A stretch of 63,806 bases of DNA, the filler included, from Reclinomonas americana ATCC 50394 (lineage: Eukaryota), in NCBI GenBank assembly GCA_048213135.1. It is 6 parts of 5 records of this genome, joined end to end, with 100 filler letters (N's around TTAATTAATTAA, not from the genome) between each part and the next. Parts side by side here need not be neighbours in the genome. Positions count along the whole stretch, not along the records: positions 1 to 18,027 come from PS015601.1; positions 18,128 to 27,514 come from PS015602.1; 4 more parts are not named here. One strand, written 5' to 3'. Every line of letters starts with the position of its first letter. Within the stretch, counting starts at the first letter, position 1. Below, one piece after another: positions 11,896 through 24,945 of the stretch. The notes beneath the pieces are model-generated. The model saw only the letters and a program-made list of their open reading frames with translations, was not told the origin of the DNA and ran no database searches. The translations under genes were made by a program, and so were the position numbers.

Positions 11896-13861
11896 CGCTC
11901 GCCAGGCTGCAGCCAGCACCCCACCCACACAGCATTCGATGGCGTGAGCGACGAGGCTCCGACGGTGTGTGGGGTCCAAGACCGACATGGGACTCGTCGA
12001 TGAGAAATCGGCAATGGACAAGCAGGGTGGTGGTGGCACACGGTGGCGCACCACTCCGCTGCCCCATGCTGCTGTCCAGCAACACTCCCTTTCGACTGAC
12101 CAGCATTCTCTCTCAATGAGGACTGGAGCGCTGGGCTGCTTGGATACGCAGCTGTGGTCCTGTTGTGCTGCTGCCACGGCACACCCGAGAATTATCCAAT
12201 GAGCACCGAGTCATAGATACCTCACACCTCATTGGATCGGCCCACAGCGAGGCTGATTAGGGGCACACGAGGATGGAACAATGAAGAAGGAGAGTCAAAA
12301 GGAACAGGAGAGGAACGACCAGCACCGCCGCTCAGCGATGGAAGTGGCAGCTGTGTTGTGAGACTCGCCTCCTCACAAGCAATGCCTCCCGCCTTCAATC
12401 ACACTCACAGTCGGTCGGTACATTGACTCACGCAGGTACTAGTACTGTGAGGCACGGAACCACGTGTCTTCGCATATCAGTCACTTGCCAGCACGCCTGC
12501 GTTCAGATCACACACAGAATTGAGTCAGTCAATCTCCAAGTGTGGCCACCTTGTTCCTCAACACTGGTGTAGAACACGCACACACCATGTGTTGCTTGCC
12601 GAGCACGTCTCTGCAGTTTTCCATGACCACCACCATTGTCACTCGGCAGAGACGGCGGCAACCAAAGTGTGCACATCATCGATCTGCTCCGACATGCCAG
12701 CCGGGATTGAAACAAGCCACCAACCAGGCCACCATGTCGCACATCACGGCACACATGTGTACACCCACCCAGCCACGCTCTCCATAGCATGCACGGCCTG
12801 CACGAACGAGGTGAGCGGGAGGGAAGGAGGAAAAGAGAGATCAAGACGAGCAAGGCCACACACCTGCTTCGTGCAGGGAGGGATGCGAGTGTGGAGCCGA
12901 CTGAGTGAGGTGACAGCCGGTAACGGGCGATGCACAGCACGCCTGCAATCATTACGGAACAACGAGGGGGACCTGCCCCTAAGGTGCCTGCATGTCGGTG
13001 CGATGTGAGCAAAGGCATGGGAGATGAAGATATCTGCTCTGTCTCAACGACGAACACACCGATCAGCATCTGATACCAACACGCGGGATTGGTCAAGAGG
13101 CAAGGCGAGGGATGCTTCTGTACACACATCCATCCTGCAAAGGAGTGGGAGAGAAGAATCAGCATGTAGTCATGCCACCTCACACACTTCGGAGTCGGGA
13201 TGCTCACCATGATGGACTGCCCAAACGCGATGGCTGAATCGCAGCCGGCGCATCTTGGGCAGATACTCGGATCGACCTCGTGCGGGAAGGATGGGGTGGA
13301 TGACTGGGGAATCAGATGAGCGCACAAAGGCAGGGAGATGGCGGGGAAAGAGATAGACTCTGCAATAGGCAGGAAAAAGAGAGCGGAATGACATGCATCC
13401 TGCAGAGTCGGAGGAGAATGTCCGCGGCGCACAGGCACAATGGGAAGCAGAGCAGTGATGCCAAAGTGGTGTGCAAAAGAAGACGCGAGGAAATAGACAA
13501 CGGCGACTTGCTCTCCCGAGGCACACACATGCACGAATAAGATGCACGCACAACAGACATCACAACGAGGGGAAAAAGACGCAATAGACTCCCAAGTGCT
13601 TCATCTCGCTCGCACACACAAACTTGAGGTGAGAAAGAGACACGCATGCAGAGGGAAACGTGCTTCACGACCTCTCACTCACATTCACAAGACAAGGCAA
13701 CAAACACGAAGAGCAATTCTGCACCGTCAACAACGAGTTCTCTTACTGGCATTCTATTCCCCCACCTGCATCCCGCATGATCACCCGCACTCCCTCGCAC
13801 GACACGAAAACAACACACAATCACCAGCAGCCACCGCTCTCCCTCCCTTCGACTTACCGAC

Positions 13862-14877
13862 TCAGCACCGGAAAGAGACGACCTCGGCATCCTCGACGAT
13901 GAAACATCGCAGAACCAGCTCGGGAAGGCATCGTGAATCTTGTTCCTCCTCGTCCTCCTGCATCTCCTGCACAGCCTGCATGGCCAAGCGTGCGGCATCG
14001 AGTTCGAAGCCAGCAAGGCCACGCAGAGACGACCACACTCGCACCNNNNNNNNNNNNNNNNNNNNNNNNNNNNNNNNNNNNNNNNNNNNNNNNNNNNNNN
14101 NNNNNNNNNNNNNNNNNNNNNNNNNNNNNNNNNNNNNNNNNNNNNNNNNNNNNNNNNNNNNNNNNNNNNNNNNNNNNNNNNNNNNNNNNNNNNNNNNNNN
14201 NNNNNNNNNNNNNNNNNNNNNNNNNNNNNNNNNNNNNNNNNNNNNNNNNNNNNNNNNNNNNNNNNNNNNNNNNNNNNNNNNNNNNNNNNNNNNNNNNNNN
14301 NNNNNNNNNNNNNNNNNNNNNNNNNNNNNNNNNNNNNNNNNNNNNNNNNNNNNNNNNNNNNNNNNNNNNNNNNNNNNNNNNNNNNNNNNNNNNNNNNNNN
14401 NNNNNNNNNNNNNNNNNNNNNNNNNNNNNNNNNNNNNNNNNNNNNNNNNNNNNNNNNNNNNNNNNNNNNNNNNNNNNNNNNNNNNNNNNNNNNNNNNNNN
14501 NNNNNNNNNNNNNNNNNNNNNNNNNNNNNNNNNNNNNNNNNNNNNNNNNNNNNNNNNNNNNNNNNNNNNNNNNNNNNNNNNNNNNNNNNNNNNNNNNNNN
14601 NNNNNNNNNNNNNNNNNNNNNNNNNNNNNNNNNNNNNNNNNNNNNNNNNNNNNNNNNNNNNNNNNNNNNNNNNNNNNNNNNNNNNNNNNNNNNNNNNNNN
14701 NNNNNNNNNNNNNNNNNNNNNNNNNNNNNNNNNNNNNNNNNNNNNNNCGTGTGTGTGTGTGTGTGTGTGTGTGCGAGCAGTGCGTGCGCGTGCTATGCGT
14801 TGTGTGTAATTTGCTCGCTCGGGATTTGTCACCGTTTCCCGCGTTCTTCTCCCGCCTTGCTCCGAGACGTCGTCCAT
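13862..14877 (-). CDS. Array WD40 copy B (body in gap)
   Basis: Tail VRVWSSLRGLAGFELDAARLAM...CLPELVLRCFIVEDAEVVSFRC* and the MDDVSEQGGRR leader flank an N gap. Confidence 0.7.
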
Positions 14878-17588
14878 CCCTCGCCAGGCTACAGCCAGTA
14901 CCCCACACAGCATGCGGTAGTGTGGGCGTGACTCCGATGATGCGTGTGGGCTTTCGATGACCGACATGGGACTCGTCGATGAGAAATCGGCAGAATGGAC
15001 AAGCAGGGTGGTGGCTCGAGGTGGCGCTCCACTGCACCGTGCATGTCCAGCGACACTCTCTTTCTACTGCCCTGCATTCTCTCTCAACAAGGACTGGCAT
15101 GTCCGGCTGCTTGGATGCGCAGCTGTGGCCCTGGTGTGCTGATGCCACGGCACACCCGATCGCGAGAATCCAATGAGCACCGAGTCAGCGACACCTCACC
15201 TCCTTGGATCGGCCCACAGCGAGGTTGAGGTGAGACAATGATGGAAGAGAGCCACTCGAAATAGGAGAGAAGCGACCAGTACAGCAGCACAGCGATGGTT
15301 GAGGCAGCTGCGTCGTGAGACTTGCCTCCCCTCACCCAAGTCACAATCAATGTTTCGTGCCTTCAATCACACTCACATTCGGTCGGTGAATCGTCTCATG
15401 CATGCACTATGAAGCACGGAACCACGTGTCATCGCATGACAGTCACTTGCCAGCACGCCTGTGTTCAGATCACGCACAGAATCGAGTCAGTCAAATCTCC
15501 AAGTCTCGCCAACTTGCTCCTCAACGCACGTGTAGAACACACACGCACCGTATGTTGCTGGCCTCGCACGTGCCTGCAGTCTCCTGTGGCCACCACCATT
15601 GTCACTCGGCAGTGACAGCAGCAACCAAGGAGCGCGCATAATCGATTCGCTCCGACTTGCCAGCCGGGATCGAAAACGATTCACCAACCAAGCTACCATT
15701 GTACCACCTCGTCACACACTCCGTGTCGTGCACGGCCTGCATGGATGAAGTGAGAGAGAGGGAAGGAGGAGAGATAGATCACGCCGAACAAGGCCACACA
15801 CCTNNNNNNNNNNNNNNNNNNNNNNNNNNNNNNNNNNNNNNNNNNNNNNNNNNNNNNNNNNNNNNNNNNNNNNNNNNNNNNNNNNNNNNNNNNNNNNNNN
15901 NNNNNNNNNNNNNNNNNNNNNNNNNNNNNNNNNNNNNNNNNNNNNNNNNNNNNNNNNNNNNNNNNNNNNNNNNNNNNNNNNNNNNNNNNNNNNNNNNNNN
16001 NNNNNNNNNNNNNNNNNNNNNNNNNNNNNNNNNNNNNNNNNNNNNNNNNNNNNNNNNNNNNNNNNNNNNNNNNNNNNNNNNNNNNNNNNNNNNNNNNNNN
16101 NNNNNNNNNNNNNNNNNNNNNNNNNNNNNNNNNNNNNNNNNNNACGTGCGCCGTGGGCAGTCTCCTTTCGTCTCTGCAGGATGCCTGTCTTTCAGCTCTC
16201 TTTTTCCTGCCTCCTGCAGAGTCTATCTCTTTCTCCGCCATCTCCCTGCCTTTGTGCGCTCATCTGCTTCCCCAGTAATCCACCCCTCCTTGCCGCACAC
16301 GCTCGAGGCCGAACATGCTGGTCCGCTCACCGTGTTACGATTGCCATCCTGCCAGTTCATCATGGTGAGCTTCCCGATGCCGAAGTGGCATGACTGCATG
16401 CTGACTCTGCTCTCTCTCTCTCTCTCGTAGGATGGATGTGTGAGCGTCCCTCGGCTTGCCTCTGTCCAAACACGAGTTGGTATCAGGTGCTTATCTGTGT
16501 GATTGTCATCGAGACAGAGCAGATTTCTCTCTCCTTCCTCCATTCTTCGCTCACAGTGTACCGACATGCAGGCACCTTGGAAACACGTGCTTGTCGGTGG
16601 TTGCGTCGATGAAAATGATCGGCGTACTGTGCATCGCCTGTTCCCGGCTGACACCTCACTCACTCAGCTCCCATCCACATCCCACCAATGCACGAAGCNN
16701 NNNNNNNNNNNNNNNNNNNNNNNNNNNNNNNNNNNNNNNNNNNNNNNNNNNNNNNNNNNNNNNNNNNNNNNNNNNNNNNNNNNNNNNNNNNNNNNNNNNN
16801 NNNNNNNNNNNNNNNNNNNNNNNNNNNNNNNNNNNNNNNNNNNNNNNNNNNNNNNNNNNNNNNNNNNNNNNNNNNNNNNNNNNNNNNNNNNNNNNNNNNN
16901 NNNNNNNNNNNNNNNNNNNNNNNNNNNNNNNNNNNNNNNNNNNNNNNNNNNNNNNNNNNNNNNNNNNNNNNNNNNNNNNNNNNNNNNNNNNNNNNNNNNN
17001 NNNNNNNNNNNNNNNNNNNNNNNNNNNNNNNNNNNNNNNNNNNNNNNNNNNNNNNNNNNNNNNNNNNNNNNNNNNNNNNNNNNNNNNNNNNNNNNNNNNN
17101 NNNNNNNNNNNNNNNNNNNNNNNNNNNNNNNNNNNNNNNNNNNNNNNNNNNNNNNNNNNNNNNNNNNNNNNNNNNNNNNNNNNNNNNNNNNNNNNNNNNN
17201 NNNNNNNNNNNNNNNNNNNNNNNNNNNNNNNNNNNNNNNNNNNNNNNNNNNNNNNNNNNNNNNNNNNNNNNNNNNNNNNNNNNNNNNNNNNNNNNNNNNN
17301 NNNNNNNNNNNNNNNNNNNNNNNNNNNNNNNNNNNNNNNNNNNNNNNNNNNNNNNNNNNNNNNNNNNNNNNNNNNNNNNNNNNNNNNNNNNNNNNNNNNN
17401 NNNNNNNNNNNNNNNNNNNNNNNNNNNNNNNNNNNNNNNNNNNNNNNNNNNNNNNNNNNNNNNNNNNNNNNNNNNNNNNNNNNNNNNNNNNNNNNNNNNN
17501 NNNNNNNNNNNNNNNNNNNNNNNNNNNNNNNNNNNNNNNNNNNNNNNNNNNNNNNNNNNNNNNNNNNNNNNNNNNNNNNNNNNNNNNN

Positions 17589-17602
17589 TTTTCCGGTGCT
17601 GA
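17589..17602 (+). CDS. Last codons (FRC*) of an array WD40 copy on an oppositely oriented contig
   Basis: ttccggtgctga followed by the conserved downstream spacer on the + strand. Confidence 0.55.
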
Positions 17603-18127
17603 GAAGGTGAGCCGAAGGGAGAAGGTGGCTGCTGGAGAATGTGAGTTGTTTTCTTGTTGTGCGAGGGAGAATGGGTGGTTGTTCATGGTGCAGGTGGGGA
17701 AAGAGGACGACAGGGGAAAGAGAAGTCGACGTGGATAATGCAGAATTGTTCTCTGTGCTTGTTGTCCTATCATGTGAGTGAGAGAGAGGTAGTGAAGCAC
17801 GTCTCCCTCTGCATGCTTGCCTCTTTCTCACCTCCATTTGTGTATGCGAGCGAGATGAATCACTTGGGAGTCTGTTGTGTTTTTTCGTCTCTTTGTGATG
17901 TCTGTTGTGCGTGCATCATTCGTCGCTGATATACGTGCCTCATGAGAGCGAGTCACCGTTGTCTGTTTCCCTCGCGTCTTGTTTTTCGCACCACCTTGGC
18001 ACCGCCATACTCTGCTTCCCGGTGTGCNNNNNNNNNNNNNNNNNNNNNNNNNNNNNNNNNNNNNNNNNNNNTTAATTAATTAANNNNNNNNNNNNNNNNN
18101 NNNNNNNNNNNNNNNNNNNNNNNNNNN

Positions 18128-18390
18128 AACGGCGACGGACCTCACCACAGAAGTGAGACTCAGAATGATCTGCGTCGATCATTCGCGATGAGGCACACAA
18201 ACACACAAACGACAACCGCACACATGCAGAAGCACACGAATGCATGTACAGACACCAACCACGCAAAAGTGCGCACACATACACACCTTTGTTGTCATTC
18301 TCCGTGTGTGTGTGTGTGTGTGATTGCTCGCTCGGGATTGTCACCGTCTCCCGCCTTTCTTCTCCCGCCTTGCTCTGAGACGTCGTCCAT
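18128..18390 (-). CDS. Array WD40 copy C, 5' fragment only
   Basis: MDDVSEQGGRRKAG leader, intron and first codons of the WD exon, cut by a contig linker. Confidence 0.6.
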
Positions 18391-20441
18391 CCCTCACCAG
18401 GCTGCAACCAGCACTCCGCACACCATACAGCAGTATGAGAGCAATGTGGCTTCTTTGATGCGTGTGGGCTTTTGAAGACCGACATGGGACTCGTCGATGA
18501 GAAATAGGCAGAATGGACATGGTGGTGGTGGCTCGAGGTGGCGCTCCACTGCATCGCGCTGCTGTCCAGCAACACTCTCTTTCGACTGACCTGCATTATC
18601 TCTCAACGAGGACTGGCATGTCGGGCTGCTTGAATGTGCAGCTCTGGCCCAGCTGAGTTGCTGCCACGGCACACCCGAGAATCCAATGAGCACCGAGTCA
18701 TCGACTCCTTGGATCGGTCCACCGCGAGGTTGAGGTGATACAATAAAGAAAGAGAGCCACAAGGAACAAGAGAGGAACGACCAACACAGCAGCACAGCAG
18801 CACAGCGGTGGAAGAGGCAGCTGTGTTGTGAGACTCGCCTCCTGTCACCCAAGTCACAGTCAATGCCTCGCGCCTTCAATCATACTCACAGTCGGTCGGT
18901 GAATCGTCTCATGCGTGTACCGCGATGCACGAAACCACGTGTCTTCACATGCCAGTCACTTGCCAGCACGCCTGTGTTCAGATCACACACAGCACTGAGT
19001 CAGTCAATCTCCAAGTCCCGCCAACTTGTTCCTCAATGCAAGCGCAGAACACGCACTCACCAGGCCACGCGCGCATCTGCAGTCTCCCATGGCCATCACC
19101 ATCATTACTTGGCGGCGACAGCAGCAACCAAGAAGCGCACATCATCGATCCGCTCTGACTTGCCAACCGGGATCGAGAACATCCACCGACCAGGCCACCC
19201 ATCGGGAAACACGACACGCATGTGCACGCACCATGAGTAGATTGCCGACCACGCGTCTGCAGTCTTCCATGGCCACCAGCATCATCACTCGACAGAGACG
19301 GCGGCAGCCAAGGTGCGCACATCATCGATCCGCTCCGACTTGCCAGCCGGGATTGAAAACGATCCACCGACCAGGCCATCACGACACACATGTGTACACC
19401 CACTAATCCACGCTCTCCATGACGTGCACGGCCTGCATAATTGAGGTGAGTGGGAGAGAAAGAGGAGAGAGAGATAACGAAGAACAGGGCCACGCAACTG
19501 CTGAGTGCATGGTGGGATGCGAGTGGGGAGCCGAGTGAGTGAGGTGACGGTCGACAACGGGCAATGCACAGCACGCCTGTCATTACCACGACATGCTTTC
19601 CATGGTCTCTGCATGCCGGTGTGCTGTGAGCAAAGAATGGAGAACGTGGAGAGAAATCTGCTCTGTCTCACTGACAAACACACCGATCAGCATCTGATAC
19701 CAACATGCGTTTGTCAAGATGCAAGCCAAGGGACGCTCACACAACCATCCTGCAAGGGAGAGAAAGAGAGGAGAGTCAGTATGCAGGTATGCCACCTCAC
19801 ACACTTCGGCATCGGGAAGCTAACCATGGCCATGATGGACTGGCAGGATGGCAATCGGAACACGGTGAGCGGACCAGCATGTTCGACCTCGAGTGTGTGC
19901 AAGGAGGGGTGGATGACTGGGGAAGCAGATGAGCGCACAAAGGCAGGGAGATGGCGGAGAAAGAGATAGACTCTGCAGGAGGCAGGAAAAAGAGAGCTGA
20001 AAGACAGGCATTCTTCGCAGTCGCACGTGCACAATGGGAAGCAGAGTATAGAGGTGCCAAGGAGGTGCGCAAAACAAGACGCGAGGGAAACAGACAGCGG
20101 TGACTCGCTCTCATGAGGTACGTATATCAGCGACGAAAGATGCACGCACAACAGACATCACAACGAGGGGAAAAGAAATCACAGACTCCGCATACACAAA
20201 TGGAGGTGAGAAAGAGACACGTAAACAGAGGGAGACGTGCTTCACTACCTCTCTCTCACTCACATGATAGGGCAACAAGCACAGAGAACAATTCTGCATC
20301 ATCCACGTCGACTTCTCTTTCCCCTGTCGTCCTCTCTTTCCCCACCTGCAGCATGCACAACCACCCATTCTCCCTCGCACAACAAGAAAAACAACTCACG
20401 ATCACCAGCAGCCACCTTCTCCCTCTCTTCTACTCACCGAC

Positions 20442-21714
20442 TCAGCACCGGAAAAGGACGACCTCGGCATCCTCAACGATGAAACAGCGCAGAACCATCT
20501 CGGGAAGGCATCGAGAATCTACTTCATACTCCTGCATCTCTTGCACAGCTCGCATGGCCGAGCGCGCAGCGTCGAGCTCGAGGCGAGCGAGGCCACGCGG
20601 CGTGGACCACACTCTCACGGTCTCGTCGTAGCCACCCGCGCTCACAATGTGGAGACCATCGGGAGAGACGGCCACAGACGATACCCATCCAATGTGTCCC
20701 TCTAACCGTCGCACTTCCTCGCCACTTGCCAGAGACCACATCCGCACGGTGCTGTCCTCGCTCCCACTCACAATATGCTGACCGCTGGGAGTAACAGCGA
20801 CGGCGCACACCCTTCCAGTGTGTCCCTCCAACCGGCGAACTTCCATCCCACTTGCCAGTGACAACATTCGCACTGTCTCGTCCACACCGCCACTCACAAT
20901 GCGTCGACCATCGGGAGTGACAGAGAGCACCAAGCCAAAGTGCCCCTCCAACCGCAGCCTCTCCTCCCCACTCGCCAGCAACCACACCCGCATTGTGTTG
21001 TCTTCACCGCCGCTAACAATGTGGTGACCATCGGGGGTGACTGCCACAGACTTCACCCTTGCAGTGTGTCCCTGCAGCCGTCGCACATCCTTTTCATTCG
21101 CCAGCGACCACACCCGGATGGTGCTGTCTCCACCGCCACTCACGATGTGGTGACCATTGGGGGTTACGACGACACAATGCACCCATCCAGTGTGTCCCAC
21201 CAGCCGTCGCACCTCCATCCCGCTCTCCAGCAACCACACACGTAGGGTGTTGTCTCCACCTCCACTCACGATGTGCTGATTATCAGGGGTGACGGCGACA
21301 GACTGCAACCATGCAGTGTGTCCCACCAGCCGTCGCACCTCCTTGCCACTTGCCAGAGACCACACTCGAACGGTGCTGTCCATGCATCCACCAACAATGT
21401 GATTGCCGTCGGGAGTGATGGTGACGGATCCCACTACGACGAGACTCTGAATGATCTGTGCCGATCATTCGCGGTGAGACGCACGCACACAGCATCAACT
21501 TTCGAAGACATGCACAAGCACACCAATGCATGCACAGACACCAACCGCGCAAAAGTGCGCACACATTCACACCTTTGTTGCCATTCTCCTTGGTTGTGTG
21601 TGTGAGAGAGGGTGGTGCGTGTGTGAGAGAGGGTGTGTGTGTGTGATTTGCTCGCTCGGGATTGTCACCGTTTCCCGCCTTTCTTCTCCCGCCTTGCTCC
21701 GAGACGTCGTCCAT
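20442..21714 (-). CDS. Array WD40 copy D, complete: short leader, 7 WD40 repeats and conserved tail
   Basis: Open exon 20442-21455 with seven ~42-aa repeats after acceptor cag|ATCATTCAG. Putative start MDDV at 21714 (leader exon inferred). Confidence 0.88.
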
Positions 21715-23675
21715 CCCTCGCCAGGCTGCAGCCAGCACCTCACACAGCATACAGCAGTACTAGTATGAGAGCAATGTGGCTTCGTGTGCACGTGAGCTTT
21801 CGAAGACCGATTTGGGACTTGCCGATGAGAAATAGGCAGAATTGACATGCAAAGTGGTGGTGACACAAGGTGGCGCTCCACTGCATCGCGCTGCTGACCA
21901 GCGACACTCTCTTTCGACTAACCTGCATACTCTGCCAACGAGGACTGGCATGTCGACCTGCTTGGATACGGTTGTGGCCCTGGTGTGCTGATGCCACGGC
22001 ACACCCGAGAATCCATGGAGCACCGAGTCATCGACACCTCGAGCTCACCTCCTTGGATCGGCCCACAGCGAGGTTGACGAGGGCACGACGAAGAAAGAGA
22101 GCCACGCGGAACAGGAGAGCAGCGACCAGTACAGCAGCTGCGTCGTGAGGCTCGCCTCCTCTCACCCACCTCACAATCAATGCCTCGCGCCTTCATGATC
22201 AATCACACTCACAGTCGGTCGGTGCATTATCTCATGCATGCACTGTGTGGCACGGAACCACGTGTCTTCGCATGCCAGTGACGAGTCACTTACCAGCACG
22301 CCTGTCACACAGAATTGAGACAGTCAATCTCCAAGTCTCTCCAGCTGCAGCTTGTTCCTCAACACGAGTGTAGAACACGCACTCACCAGGCCACGCGCGC
22401 GTCTGCAGTCTCCCATGGCCATCACCATCATTACCTGGCGGCGACAGCAGCAACCAAGAAGCGCACATCATCGATCCGCTCTGACTTGCCAGCCGGGATT
22501 GAAAACGATCAACCGACCAGGCCACCATCGCACATCACGAAACGCATGTGTACACCCACCCAACCACGCACTCCATGACGTGCACGGCCTGCATAATTGA
22601 GGTGAGTGGGAGGGAAGGAGGAGAGAGAGATCACGAAGAACAGGGCCACACAACTGCTGAGTGCATGGTGGGATGCGAGTGGGGAGCCGAGTGAGTGAGG
22701 TGACGGTCGACAACGGGCAATGCACATCACGCCTGTCATCGTCACGGAACAACAACGACGAAGAACACGTGTATACAAGGTGTCTGCATGCCAGTGTGCT
22801 GTGAGCAAAGAATGGAGGAAGGAGAGAGATATCTACTCTGTCTCACTGACGAACACACCGATCAGCATCTGATACCAATTGCAACACGCGGTTTTGTCAA
22901 CAGGCAAGGCGAGGGACGGTTCTGCACACACATCCATCCTACGAGAGAGAGAGAGAGAAAGAGAGAGAGCAGAGTCAGCATGCAGTCATGCCACTTCGGC
23001 ATCGACATGCTCACCATGATGGACTGGCAATCGATGGCAATCGGAACACGGTGAGCGGACCAGCATGTTCGGCCTCGAGCGTGAGCGGCAAGGTGGGGTG
23101 GATGACTGGGGAAGCAGATAAGCGCACAAAGGAGGGAGACGGTGGAGAAAGAGAGAGACTCTGTAAGGGACAGAGAGAGAGAGAGAGAGAGCGGGATGAC
23201 ATGCATTCTTCAGAACCGGAAAGAGAATATCCGCGGCGCACAGGCACAATGGGAAGCAGGGCAGTGATGCCAAAGTGGTGCGCAAAAGAAGACGCGAGGA
23301 AACAGACAATGGCGACTCGCCCTCCTGAAGCGCATACACGAACAACGGAAGAAGCACGCACAACAGACATCACAACAAGACAAAAAACGCAAGAGACTCC
23401 CAGGTGATTCATCGAGCTTGCACAGAAAATGGAGGTGAAAAAGAGACACGCACACAGAGGAGACATGCTTCACACCCGCACACTCCCATTCACATGAAAG
23501 GGCAGCAAGCACGGGGGAACAATTCTTCATGATCAACAACGACCTCTCTCTCCTCCTCTGTCATCCTCTCTTCCCCACCTGCATCCCGCGTGATCACCCA
23601 CTCTCCCTCGCACGACACGAAAAAGAACTCACAATCACCAGCAGCCACCACTCTCCCTCTCTCCGACTCACCGAC

Positions 23676-24945
23676 TCAGCATCGGAAAAGGACGACCTCG
23701 GCATCCTCCGCGATGAAACAGCGCAGAACCAGCTCGGGAAGGCATCGATCCTCCTCGTCCTCCTGCATCTCCTGCACAGCCAGCATGGCCGAGCGCGCGG
23801 CATCGAGCTCGAGACGAGCAAGGCCACGCGGCGTAGACCACACTCGCACGGGCTTGTCGTAGCCACCCGCACTCACAATGTGGAGACCATTGGGAGAGAC
23901 GGCCACAGACAACACATATCCAATGTGTCCCTCCAACCGTCGCACTTCCTCGCCACTCTCCAGAGACCACACCCGAATGGTGTAGTCCTCACTTCCACTC
24001 ACAATATGCTGACCGTCGGGAGAGACGGCGATCGATAGTACAAATTCAGCGTGTCCCTCCAACCGTCTCAACTCCTCCCCACTTGCCAGAGACCACACTC
24101 TCACCGTGTTGTCCCTACTGCCACTCACGACGTGCTGACCATCGGGGGTGACTGCCACAGACTCCACCCTTGCAGTGTGTCCCTGCAGCCGTCGCACCTC
24201 CTCCCCGCTCGCCAGCAACCATACCCGCACTGTGTTGTCTTCACCCCCACTCACGATGCGTTGACCATTGGGAGTGACTGCAACAGACAACACCCATCCA
24301 GTGTGTCCCGCCAACCGTCGCACCTCCTCCCCACTCGCCAGAGACCACACCCGCACTGTGTCATCAAAGCCGCCGCTGACAACGTGCTGGCCATCAGGGG
24401 TGAAGGTGACAGACATCACAGCATTGGTGTGGCCTTCCAGCCGCAGCACCTCTTCTCCACTCTCCATCGACCACACACGCACGGTACAGTCTCCGCCCCC
24501 GCTGACAATAAGCTGACCATCAGGAGTGACGGCGACAGATTGCACCCAATCAGTGTGTCCCTCCAGCCGTCGCACCTCCTTGCCACTCGCCAGAGACCAC
24601 ACTCGAATCGTGTTGTCCATGCACCCACCAACAATGTGCTGGCAATCGGGAGTGACGGCGACGGACCGCACTGCAGCGGGACTCTGAATGATCTGCGTCG
24701 ATCATTCGCGGTGAGGCGCACATGCACAAACACAAAGAACAACAACCGCACACAAGCACGAGCACACGAATGCACGCACAGACACCAAACACGCAAAAGC
24801 GCGCACACACATTCACACCTTTGTTGTCATTCTCCGTGTGTGTGTGTGTGTGTGTGTGCGTGCGTGCGTGTGTGTGATTTGCTCGCTCGGGATTGTCACT
24901 GGTTCCCGCCTTTCTTCTCCCGCCTTGCTCTGAGACGTCGTTCAT
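23676..24945 (-). CDS. Array WD40 copy E, complete: 7 WD40 repeats and tail
   Basis: Open exon 23676-24692. Putative start MNDV at 24945. Confidence 0.88.

Noticed and set aside
16144..18027. Inverted array segments (also 31084-31749, 33225-34312, 38049-38175) suggesting programmed inversion
   Set aside because: Every orientation switch is flanked by N gaps, so misoriented small contigs in a repeat are the simpler explanation.
18072..18083. TTAATTAATTAA palindrome inside N runs (also at 27559, 40415, 60955, 62401)
   Set aside because: Artificial six-frame-stop linker between concatenated contigs, not a biological site. Adjacency across these points is unproven.
20442..20444. Conserved TGA followed closely by a splice donor, suggesting TGA recoding
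   Set aside because: Other genes in the window (ending at 4435, 42211, 45064) appear to terminate at TGA, and no recoding evidence is visible.
20600..21455. 126-bp periodic repeats with variable inserts resembling a CRISPR array or a DGR
   Set aside because: They are in-frame WD40 coding repeats. No cas or reverse transcriptase gene, and no template/variable repeat pair, is visible.
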